Of a stretch of DNA of 64,000 nucleotides, positions 36,074 through 45,500 are shown in pieces (within the stretch, counting starts at the first letter, position 1; the number at the start of each line of letters is the position of its first letter). The notes under the pieces are model-generated. The model searched no databases. It saw nothing but the letters and a program-made list of their open reading frames with translations, and was not told where the DNA came from. A program made the position numbers and the translations under genes. The DNA comes from an uncultured Enterobacteriaceae bacterium (GTDB taxonomy: Bacteria; Myxococcota_A; UBA9042), in the NCBI GenBank assembly GCA_964560875.1, contig CAZLMW010000014.1, forward strand, positions 22,864 to 86,863. The letters run 5' to 3'.

Positions 36074-38722
36074 CTATTTCTTGTGCTCATGGCGGCGCTC
36101 GCGCTCCATGCGCTGCAGCTTCTCCTCGATCTTCTTGAGCCGCCGGTTGGCGCTCATGTTCTTGCCGAGCTTGCGAAGGTTGAGCTTCATGCGGAATGCC
36201 CACCGGGCGTGAGGTTCACGTGCGACGACCGCGAGCAGGGCTCCTCGTGACGCGGGATCTCCAATCGCGCCCACGGCGTTGGCCGCCGCCGCCCGGAGGC
36301 GACGATTCGGATCGTTGAGCAACGCCTCGAGCGCGCCCCGCAGCCGGTCTCGGACAGCCCGGTTGTCGGTCCGCACAGCCATCGCCGCCACGGCATATAC
36401 GGCGCCTTTGCGCAGGTGTAGGCGCTGATCGGACCCGATGGCGGCCAGCAGTGTCTCGATATCGCGGGGGTCGCCGATCTTGCCGAGGCCCTGCAACGCG
36501 GTCGTCTTCACACGGTCGCGCTCGGACGGGATCTTCAGCGCCTGCAACATCACGTCCCTGGCACGTTTGCTGTCGATATTCACGAGCGCCCGCAACGCCG
36601 CTTGCTGCACCGCGTGGCTGCGCTCCTGCGTGGCCGCCATCACCAGCGCCTGCCAAGACCGCGCGTCGTGCAGCTGCCCCAATGCGGTCGCCGCCTTCTG
36701 CCGAACCGGCGCCTGCTTGTCCTTGCGCATGGCAACGAGCAGCGCGTCACGCACCTCCGCTCGGGTGCCGCGGCCGAGAATCTGCGCCGCCGCCCCGCGC
36801 ACATGGCGAGCCTTGTCGTTGCGCAACACGTCGATCAGCGTCGCCACCGCCCGCTGCGACCTGAGCCCGCCCCGCCGCAGCGCTCGAACGGCCCGCAGGC
36901 GCACATCCGGATGCCGGCCCCAGCGCGCGATGTTGGCCAGCACGTCGGGTCCCGCGTCGAGCCGCCACTTCGCGTACAGCTTCATCTTCGGGTCGATCTC
37001 GATGACCTCGGGGCGCTGCTTGGCCGGGATCGTCAGCGTCGCCCGCTTGCCGCTCAGCATCACCGTGTGCACCTGGGCTACTGCGCTGTCCTTGCGGCGC
37101 CGAATCGCCACCTCGATCGGCAATCGATAAAGCGGCATCTGGCGGGTCACGCGCTGCGTCTGTTCGAACTTCAGGACAACCTTGCGGTTGCGGTAACGAA
37201 TCCTGGCCCGGATCCGCGGATGGCCGGCCTGGCGCACCCATCGCTGGAAGAAGCCGCGCAGGCTGATGCCCGACTCCGCCTCGAAGGCGCGCCGCAGATC
37301 CTCGGTCTCGACGCTGCCGAAGCGGTGCCGCTTGAGGTACTTGCCAACGGCATCCAAGAACGCCTTTTCGCCGATCTTGTTGGCGATCATATGCAGCACC
37401 CACGCGCCCTTGGGGTAGCTGTTGGCGTCGAACACATCGACCGGATGCGCGTAGCGGTCGGACACGATGGGGCGCAGGTAACGGTCCTTGTCGAGCCCGG
37501 TCGACGATCGCCGCGCGCCGTCCATCTCCTCGGCGAACCGCGCGGCCCCGAAGTGATGGCGCGTGTAGAGCTTTTGGTAGTACGTCGCGAACGACTCGTT
37601 GAGCCAGATATCGGCCCACGTTCTGCACGTGACGAGGTCGCCAAACCACTGGTGCGCCAGCTCGTGGGCGAGCAAGCCGTCGATCGTCCAGTCGTGATCG
37701 GTGTGTTTGTTGCCCATCGCGCGGCTGGTGAGCGAGGTCAGCGTCACGTTCTCCATGCCGCCGCCGCCAAACTCGTGCACAAAGACCTGACCGTAGCGAA
37801 TGAAGGGATAGGAGGTGCGCGTGATCTTCTCGAAAAAGTCCAGCATGTCCGGTAGGTTGCGGCTGTTGTATTTGACGCGGCTGCGATCCCGCGCAAACGC
37901 CCAGGACGACAGCTTCACGCGACCTTTTCGATGCACGACCTCGGTGAACGGCCCAGCCACGAGGGTCAGCAGGTAGATGGGGTGGGGCAGCCCCATGCGG
38001 TAGGTGGTGGTCTTCCAGCGGCCGCGCTTGGACTCGTTGAGCTTGGTGCCGTTGGACAGCACGTTCATCTTGGCGGGCAGCGTCGCGCGCACCGTCCAGG
38101 TCAGCCGCGCGTCGGGATTGTCGGGGCACGGCATCCAGTGGCGGGCCTCGATGGGCTCGCCCTGGGTGAAGATGTGCAGCGGCCGGTCCTTGTCGCCGGG
38201 GATCGGCGCGACGAAATACACGCCGAGCTTGGGGCGCGCGCGGTAGACGATCTTGAGGCGGAAAACGTCGCCCTTTTTGTCGGTCGGGGGCTTGAGGGAA
38301 ATCCGCTGGTTGTTGACGGCGACCGCGACCGGCTGGGTTTTTTCGGCTGCGCCAGCTGCAGCTGTGACTTTTTTTTGCGCGATCCACTCGGCGCTGCGGA
38401 TATCGAGGTCGGCGGCGTGAAGCTCCAGCTTTCCGCCGGGTTTGCTCACCTCGACCGTGAGGATCGCGGTGCCCTCGACGGTCTTGGTTGAAGGATCGAT
38501 CTTGACGGCGAGGTCAAGGTCCGTCACACCGACGCGCCGATCGCGCGGCTCATGCCATGGAACATTGGCACCGAGAAAGCGATCGGTGTTGGGCCCAGCG
38601 GCGTACGCAGGCGCAACGAGAAGGTCGGGCAGCAAGCAGGGGCCGAGCGCCACCACGAGCCCGATAAACACGGCGGTTTGCGGGCCATTTCCGGCGCTGC
38701 ATCGCAACGGAGACGGCAACAT
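36074..38722 (-). CDS. M1-family zinc aminopeptidase (aminopeptidase N-like) with C-terminal HEAT/PBS-lyase repeat domain
   Basis: Start at the internal MLPSPLRC... (signal peptide). 'LAHELAHQWFGDLVTCRTWADIWLNESFATYY' gives the HExxH(x18)E zinc motif. The tail has repeated '...VRLRAVRAL...HVRGAAAQILG...APVRQKAATALG...' HEAT-like units. Confidence 0.85.
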   Translation of the reverse strand: MLPSPLRCSAGNGPQTAVFIGLVVALGPCLLPDLLVAPAYAAGPNTDRFLGANVPWHEPRDRRVGVTDLDLAVKIDPSTKTVEGTAILTVEVSKPGGKLELHAADLDIRSAEWIAQKKVTAAAGAAEKTQPVAVAVNNQRISLKPPTDKKGDVFRLKIVYRARPKLGVYFVAPIPGDKDRPLHIFTQGEPIEARHWMPCPDNPDARLTWTVRATLPAKMNVLSNGTKLNESKRGRWKTTTYRMGLPHPIYLLTLVAGPFTEVVHRKGRVKLSSWAFARDRSRVKYNSRNLPDMLDFFEKITRTSYPFIRYGQVFVHEFGGGGMENVTLTSLTSRAMGNKHTDHDWTIDGLLAHELAHQWFGDLVTCRTWADIWLNESFATYYQKLYTRHHFGAARFAEEMDGARRSSTGLDKDRYLRPIVSDRYAHPVDVFDANSYPKGAWVLHMIANKIGEKAFLDAVGKYLKRHRFGSVETEDLRRAFEAESGISLRGFFQRWVRQAGHPRIRARIRYRNRKVVLKFEQTQRVTRQMPLYRLPIEVAIRRRKDSAVAQVHTVMLSGKRATLTIPAKQRPEVIEIDPKMKLYAKWRLDAGPDVLANIARWGRHPDVRLRAVRALRRGGLRSQRAVATLIDVLRNDKARHVRGAAAQILGRGTRAEVRDALLVAMRKDKQAPVRQKAATALGQLHDARSWQALVMAATQERSHAVQQAALRALVNIDSKRARDVMLQALKIPSERDRVKTTALQGLGKIGDPRDIETLLAAIGSDQRLHLRKGAVYAVAAMAVRTDNRAVRDRLRGALEALLNDPNRRLRAAAANAVGAIGDPASRGALLAVVAREPHARWAFRMKLNLRKLGKNMSANRRLKKIEEKLQRMERERRHEHKK

Positions 38723-38899
38723 TCGATGCACGGGCAACTCCCACCAAGGTCGCGCAGGGTCGCAGAAAAACGCGGCGCAGCAAACGGCGGCGCGCACAAC
38801 GTCCATACGCCCGCAACTGCGAACCCCGCCGTTGCAACGCGACACGGCGACGCCAAAGCCGGTACAATCGACCGCGCCAACGCGCGTCGTGGGGGGACG

Positions 38900-40510
38900 G
38901 TGGCGAAATCTGCGCGAATCCTGGTCGTCAGCAACGCAACCGACGTGCTCAAGACCGTCGGCCGCGTCGTCCAACCGCTGCAACACCTCCTCTTTCACGC
39001 CGAGTCGCTCGAAGACGTCACCCTGCGCTTTGGCGACCTGCAGCCTGATGTGACCATCCTCGACAGCGATCACGCCCCGGTCCGCGATACCGCCGGCGTC
39101 GCGCGGCTGATGGCGCAGGTGAGTGCCCGCGAAAAACGCACCCAGATCATCTTGCTCAGCCGCCCCGAAGACGTGCTGCGCGGCGAGCTTGTCGAGGCCT
39201 GCCAACCGAGCAGCCTCGTCGACAAACCGGTTGAAGATAACGAGCTCTCGATCGAGGTCCGAACCCTCGTGCGGGTCCGCCAACTCACCGCCAAAGCCGT
39301 GCGCGACCGCGACGTGGTCAACCAACTCTTCGAGCTGTCGACCTTCTCAACGACCTTCGAGTCCAGCGGTGACGTGCTCAAGGCGCTCGCCGGCCGCGTG
39401 GCCGAGTGGATGGCGCTGCCGCATGTCGTCATCACCCTCGGGCCGCGCAAAGCGCCTCGCATCGCCGCCGCTGTGCACGCTGAACACCTCGGATCGGGCC
39501 GCACCATGGTCGACCGCCGCCACGCCGAGCTCGTGACCAGCGGCGCCGTCCTGCAGATCAGCGCCGACGCGGGAGTGCTCACTGGCGACGATCCCTCGAC
39601 GCTGCCCTACAACGGCATCCCGTTGCGGGCCACCGACGGCGAGATCCTCGGCGCGCTTCACGCCTGGGGCGGCCACTCCCTGCCGTCCGGCGAGCATCTG
39701 CGCGTGCTGTGCGTCGCCGCCGAACGCATCAGCACCGAAATCCAGCTGCACGACAGCAACCGACGGCTCGAAGAGATGGTCGAGGAGCGCACCGGCGACC
39801 TCACCGCCGCGCTGCAGCGCCTCCGCGCCGTCAACGAACAGCTGCTCGAAGCCAGCCGCGACACCATCAACCGACTCGCGCGCGCCGCCGAATACCGCGA
39901 CGGCGACACCGGCGAACACGTCGAGCGCATGAGCAGCTACGCCCAGTGCATCGCGGCCCAGCTGGGTATGTCGGTCGAGTCGCAGGCGCTGATCAAGCTC
40001 GCCGCGCCGATGCACGACGTCGGCAAGATCGGCATCCCCGACGCGATTCTGCTCAAGGCCGGAAAGCTCACCCCCGACGAATACGCGGTGATGAAGCAGC
40101 ACCCGACAATCGGCGCGACAATCCTCGGCGGTTCGCGCAGCAAGCTCCTGCAGATGGCCGAGCGGATCGCCGCTACCCACCACGAAAAATGGGACGGCAG
40201 CGGCTATCCCGAGGGCCTCAAGGGCAACGAGATCCCCCTCGAAGCGCGGATCGTGGCGCTCGCCGACGTGTTCGACGCGTTGACCTCGCCGCGCGTGTAC
40301 AAAGACGCGTGGAACGTCGATGAGGCGGTCGGCTACATCCTCAAGCTCAGCAGCACCCACTTTGATCCACGGGTCGTAGCCGCGTTTGAGCAGTGCATCG
40401 ATCGTTTGCTCGACATTCGCGCGCAGCTGAGCAACGGCGGCAGCGACCTGGGTCCCAGCGAACACCGCACCGAAGGCCGGTCGATCCACCACGCCGAGGG
40501 CGTTCCGTGA
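38900..40510 (+). CDS. HD-GYP c-di-GMP phosphodiesterase with N-terminal atypical receiver and GAF domains
   Basis: GTG 38900 is preceded by a GGGGGG run. REC-like 'ARILVVSNATD...PDVTILDSDHAP...ILLS...VDKP'. 'HHEKWDGSGYPEG' and 'MHDVGKIGIPD' are the HD-GYP catalytic motifs. Confidence 0.8.
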   Translation: MAKSARILVVSNATDVLKTVGRVVQPLQHLLFHAESLEDVTLRFGDLQPDVTILDSDHAPVRDTAGVARLMAQVSAREKRTQIILLSRPEDVLRGELVEACQPSSLVDKPVEDNELSIEVRTLVRVRQLTAKAVRDRDVVNQLFELSTFSTTFESSGDVLKALAGRVAEWMALPHVVITLGPRKAPRIAAAVHAEHLGSGRTMVDRRHAELVTSGAVLQISADAGVLTGDDPSTLPYNGIPLRATDGEILGALHAWGGHSLPSGEHLRVLCVAAERISTEIQLHDSNRRLEEMVEERTGDLTAALQRLRAVNEQLLEASRDTINRLARAAEYRDGDTGEHVERMSSYAQCIAAQLGMSVESQALIKLAAPMHDVGKIGIPDAILLKAGKLTPDEYAVMKQHPTIGATILGGSRSKLLQMAERIAATHHEKWDGSGYPEGLKGNEIPLEARIVALADVFDALTSPRVYKDAWNVDEAVGYILKLSSTHFDPRVVAAFEQCIDRLLDIRAQLSNGGSDLGPSEHRTEGRSIHHAEGVP

Positions 40511-41304
40511 GAGGTGAAGCCCGTGCCGGGTTGGTTCACCTGCCGCTGATCTTGCTCGCACCGGCGCTGCTCATCGCCCCAGCTTGCGGTAAGAAGGGCA
40601 GCGACTCGACGGTCAAAACAGCCCGAGATCACAGCAAAAAAGCCCAGAATCACGGCAAAAAGGACAGGACAGCTGCGAAGAAGCCCGAAACCGCGGGCGC
40701 AGCGGCGGCCGATCCCGCAAAAGGCAGCGAATCCATCGACCCTGCGGCGTCCACGTCCGCTACGGCCGACGAGATCATGGGTGAGCGGCGCAACCGCAAG
40801 CCCGCGATCATCGGTGGCTGCGCCGAATCATGCGCCACACCGGCCAAGCTGGTTGGGCTCCTCTTCGAGGGCTTCACGGCGCGTGATCGTGTCGACAAGT
40901 TGCGCGGGCTGTTTGATTGGTCGATGCTCGAGGTCGACGGTGACAAGAAGGGCGATCGGTGGGCGCTGATGTGGGCGGACCTGCGGCAGCGTTCCAAGCG
41001 CGACGATGAGATTCACGCCTGGCTCAAAGGCTGGGCGTCGTGGGTCGACCGGATCGAAGACAAACACGCGCTCGTTGCGGCGCGGATGAATGGCATCGGG
41101 CTGCAACCGTTGCCGGGGCGCAACGATGTCGTCGCGATCGTGTTCAAGCATCCGAGGTTGCGCGATGACGCGACCGAGCAAAGCTGGCGATTGTTGGCGA
41201 CGCGCCGTGGCTACGAGTGGCTGATCAGCCGGATCGACCACGCGCCGAGCAAGCGACCTTTGCGCAATGTTCCACGCGGCAGCGAGTCGGCCAACAGGAT
41301 CTGA
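40505..41304 (+). CDS. hypothetical secreted lipoprotein
   Basis: GTG overlaps the HD-GYP stop (GTGA). Lipobox ...PLILLAPALLIAPACGKKG, followed by a Lys/Ala-rich linker. No recognisable domain. Confidence 0.5.
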
Positions 41305-41316
41305 ACGGAGGCCCCG

Positions 41317-42441
41317 ATGCGACCGATGCGACGCAAATTCGTGCTGGCGATGAGCGTTGCGGCGCTGGCCCTGGCTGGCTGCAGCAATGGCGACGATGGC
41401 GGTGACGACGCCGGCGGCAAGGACGCGAACTACCTCGAGGGCTGGGCGGTGCTCGGCAAGGACGCGCTGCCGATCAGCAACCTGACCTCGGTCTGGAGCA
41501 ACGGCAAATCGGGCGCCGACCGGGAATGGCTGATCGTCGGCGGGTCGGCGGCAGGCAACAAGGACGGGCTGGTGCTCGAGCTGCGCGGCGATACCTGGTC
41601 CAAGCACACTTTCAAGGGCGTCGGGCTGCTCTGGTGGGTCCACGGCGACGCATCGGGACGACGCATCGCGGTCGGCGACGGCGGCACCATCATTCGCTGG
41701 CAGTCGGGCGATAAGACGCTCACCCACCAGCAGGTGCCATCGCTGCGCAAGGCCAAATCGCAGCTCTTCGGGGTGTGGTTCGCCGACAAGGCCGAGCGCT
41801 TCTTCCTGGTGGGCGGCAACGCCAGTGACCAGACCGCCAAGGGCTTGCTGTGGACGGTTCCGTTTTCGGCCAAGACCGGCGACGACATCGACGCCAAGGC
41901 GACGCAGGAGAAGCTCGACGGCAAACAGGGCTTGCTGATGAAGGTGTGGGGCGCGAGCAATGAGCGCGTGTTCACCGTCGGCGAAGAGGGCAAGATCTGG
42001 GCGCTTGACAAGGGCGCGTGGAAGCTCGACGGCACCATCGAGACCGACCGCTTCATCGGCGTGACCGGCCGCAGTGAAAACAATGTCGTGGCGGTCGGCG
42101 GCCTCGGCTCCGGGGTGATCGCCAAGCGCGACGCGACCGGTTGGAAGCAGGTCGCCGGTTGTTCGACGTGCTTCATCAACGGGCAGCTCGCCGCGGTGAT
42201 CTTGACCGAAGACGGCACGACGATCGTCGGCGGTTCGGTCGGCTACCTCGCGACGCACAAGGGCGAAAAGACCGAAAAGGACCTGCCGACCCTCGACCCG
42301 CCGATCAGCGAGCTGACCTTGCACGGCGCGTGGGCGGACAGCCACACGATGGTCGTGGTTGGCGGCAACCTGTCCAACCCGTCGACAGCCGCGGGCGTCG
42401 TGATGGTCCGCGGCGAAAAGCTCCCGGAATTGCCGCAGTAG
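41317..42441 (+). CDS. secreted lipoprotein, beta-propeller-like (Ycf48/BNR-like repeats)
   Basis: MRPMRRKFVLAMSVAALALAGCS has a lipobox. Repeated 'W..VG..G.I' units appear (WLIVGGSAAG, RIAVGDGGTIIRW, FFLVGGNAS, VFTVGEEGKIWA, VVAVGGLG, TIVGGSVG). Confidence 0.6.
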   Translation: MRPMRRKFVLAMSVAALALAGCSNGDDGGDDAGGKDANYLEGWAVLGKDALPISNLTSVWSNGKSGADREWLIVGGSAAGNKDGLVLELRGDTWSKHTFKGVGLLWWVHGDASGRRIAVGDGGTIIRWQSGDKTLTHQQVPSLRKAKSQLFGVWFADKAERFFLVGGNASDQTAKGLLWTVPFSAKTGDDIDAKATQEKLDGKQGLLMKVWGASNERVFTVGEEGKIWALDKGAWKLDGTIETDRFIGVTGRSENNVVAVGGLGSGVIAKRDATGWKQVAGCSTCFINGQLAAVILTEDGTTIVGGSVGYLATHKGEKTEKDLPTLDPPISELTLHGAWADSHTMVVVGGNLSNPSTAAGVVMVRGEKLPELPQ

Positions 42442-42501
42442 CGATCTTCGAGCGTGAATCGGCCGTTTGACGCGGTCTGGGTGGCTCCGGATACTGCTCG
42501 C

Positions 42502-45500
42502 ATGGGCGGATTCCTGCAGCGATCGACGACCTTGGCGGCGCCTTGGCTGGCGGCCGCGATGCTGTTCAGCGCATGTGGCGACCGGGTAGCAAAGGATAAG
42601 TTTCGTTTCGCGACCGAGTCCGAGCGCAAGGCTGCCAAGACCGGTGACATCGCCTCCGCGAACACCGCCAGCGATACGACGTCCATCGATGCCCAAACCC
42701 CCGACGCCCAAGCCCCCGACGCCCAGACCCCCGACGCCCAGACCCCCGACGCCCAGACCCAAGACGCCCAGACCCCCGACGCCCACACCCCCGACGCCCA
42801 GGCCCAAGACGCTCAGGCCGCGGACGCAACAACCGGCGACGCGTTAGCGGATAGCGCTGCCGCCGCAGACGCCATGGACGAAAAAGACGCCGGCGTCACG
42901 GCCGACACGTCCCAGCCCGATATTCCTGCGCCGCTCGATACAGGCGCCACCGACACCGCCACACCCGAAGATGCCGGGATCGCCGACGGCGGCCCGGTCA
43001 ACAATCAAGACGCCGATGGCGATCCGTCCGACGTCGCGGCGATCGACACGGGGTCTGTCCAGGACGCCGGCGCCGCTGCCGACGCCGCTGGAGGCACGGA
43101 TACCGGCAAAACGGACACAGGGCCGGCGCCCGACACGTCCGGACTGTGCGCTGGCAAGGCAGACGGCTTTGCCTGCGGGGCGACCCAGGGATGCGTGGCC
43201 CGCACCTGCAAGAAGGGTCAATGCGAAAACACGCCCCACAAGGGTGCCTGCGACGACAACAAGCCATGCACCGTCAACGACAGCTGCAAGACCGGCGAGT
43301 GCAAGGGCACCCCCAAGGACTGCGACGACAAGAAGGTGTGCACCAACGACACGTGCGATCCGAAGATGAACGGGATGTGCCGGTACAAGCCGGCAAGCGG
43401 GCCGTGTGAGGACGGCAACCCGTGCACGCTGCTCGATCAATGCCACCAGGGCAAGTGCAAGGCGGTCGGCAAGAACAAGGACTGCGACGACAACAACGCG
43501 TGCACGGTCGACAGCTGCGATCCCAAGATCAAGGGCGCCAACCCAAGCTGCGTGAACAAGGCCGATGCGACCCAGCAAGGAAAGACCTGCGGCTCGGGCA
43601 AGACCTGCAAATCGGGCGTATGCACAGGGGGCTGCAAGAGCGCGGCGGAGTGCGACGACGGCAACGCGTGCACCGCCGACGGGTGCGCCAACAACCTGTG
43701 CATCAACAACGCGAAGTCGGGGCCATGCGACGACGGGCAGAAATGCACCTCGGCGGGAACGTGCAGCAACAAGACGTGCAAGGCGGGCAAAGCCAAGTGG
43801 TGGCTGCGCGACGTAACCACGTCCGAAGCGAGCCAGGGTCTGGTCGCGATGGCGCACAAACCGAGCGGCGGGCTGGTGTTCATCGGGACGACGCAGACGA
43901 CGAAAAACGACCGGGAGTTTTCGGCGCTGCATACCGACGACTACGGCAAGACGACCAAGGTGGTGACCTACGGCGGGCCCGGCCAGCACCAGGCCCATGG
44001 CATGGAGATGGGGCCAGCCGGCGACATGTACCTGTGCGGCAACGCGAATGTGCCCGGCAAGACGGCGAACTGGGACCCGTGGATCGCCCATATCAAGGCC
44101 GACGGCAGCGTCGATTGGACCGCGATGCCCGGCACGTCAGCCAACGCATGGTGCCGCCGAGCGCGACGTTTTCATGGTGGCGTGTTCGCGTTTGGCAACC
44201 GGGAGATGGGGGCTGGCAACGCCAAGTCGCGCGACCTGACGCTGCGCCGGTTCGACACCAGCGGCAAGCAGCAATGGCTGCAGGTCTACGACGTGGCGGG
44301 CACCCAGACCTACGACTACGCGCGCGACCTCGCGGTTGCGGCCGATGCCGACCCGGTGATGTGCTCAATCTCGTACTTCGGCAACGACACGACCGGTCAC
44401 TACGACGCGACGCTTGTGAAGGTCGACGGCAGCAACGGCAAGAAGCTGTGGACCAAGCGCCTGAGCAGCCAGGGCAACCGTCACGACTATTGTTTCGTCG
44501 TGATTCCGCGGGCCAGCAACCGCGTGATGATGGCCGGGGCCAAGGCGATGACCGGCAAGAAGCTCGGCCTGTGGCTGGTCGAGGTGGACGACCAGGGCAA
44601 GCAAAAGTGGGACAAGCTGATGGACCCGATGGCCAATATCGTCGCCGAAGGGCTGCATCCCGCGCCGCATGGGGGCCTGTACTACCTGGGGGCGGAGCAG
44701 AAGACGGGCGGCTTGCTCGTCGGCGTGTTCGGCGAGCTCGACCTGGCCGGCAACTGGCTCACCAAGCGCACCTACACCGGGGCCAAGCAGGTGTATGCGC
44801 GGGCTGGGGCCCTGATGCCCGATGGTGGCATCGCGATGTTCATGTACCAGGTGCCGTCCAACAGCCAGTGGAAGATCGCGCGCGCTTCGCCATGGGGACA
44901 TCGATCCTGTTCCGGTTCGGGCAAGTGTGCTGAACCCAAGACCGTGGGGTGCTCAGACGGCAATGGCTGCACCTACGACTCCTGCGGCAACACATCGGGG
45001 TGCAAGAACACGACCTTCTTGCCCGCGACATCGCCCTGTGAAGACGGCAACCCGTGCACGGTCGGGCAGGCTTGCGTGGCGATCCCACAGAAAAAGACCC
45101 AGTGCGGCGGCGGCGGCAAGCGACTGTTCTACACCACCGTTACCGGCACCAAGAACGAGACCCACGGCATGGCGGAGCTCGCCGACGGGTCGATCGCATG
45201 GGTCGGCACGCACAACAACACAGCGCGGCTACGGCACGTGCTGCCGGGCGGCAAGGTCAACAAGCAGTCGGACTTCAAAGAAGGGACCGGGACCGGGTTT
45301 TCGGACGTCGTGGTCGATAGCGGCGGCCGGCTCGTCGCATGCGGCGCATATACCGCCGGGGGTGGCGGCAAGTATGCGCGGCTGACTTGGTTTGACTCGC
45401 ACTTCAAACCCGCGCTCAAGAAGGATTATCGGATCGGCAACAAGGACTCGTATTGCAGCGCCGTGCACGCGCGACCGGGCGGTCTGCTGGCATTCATGGG

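Noticed and set aside
40828-42807. 659-aa minus ORF beginning with a (GLGVGG)n tract
   Set aside because: It is antisense to two lipoprotein genes. The Gly/Leu tract is just the complement of the (TPDAQ)n minisatellite.
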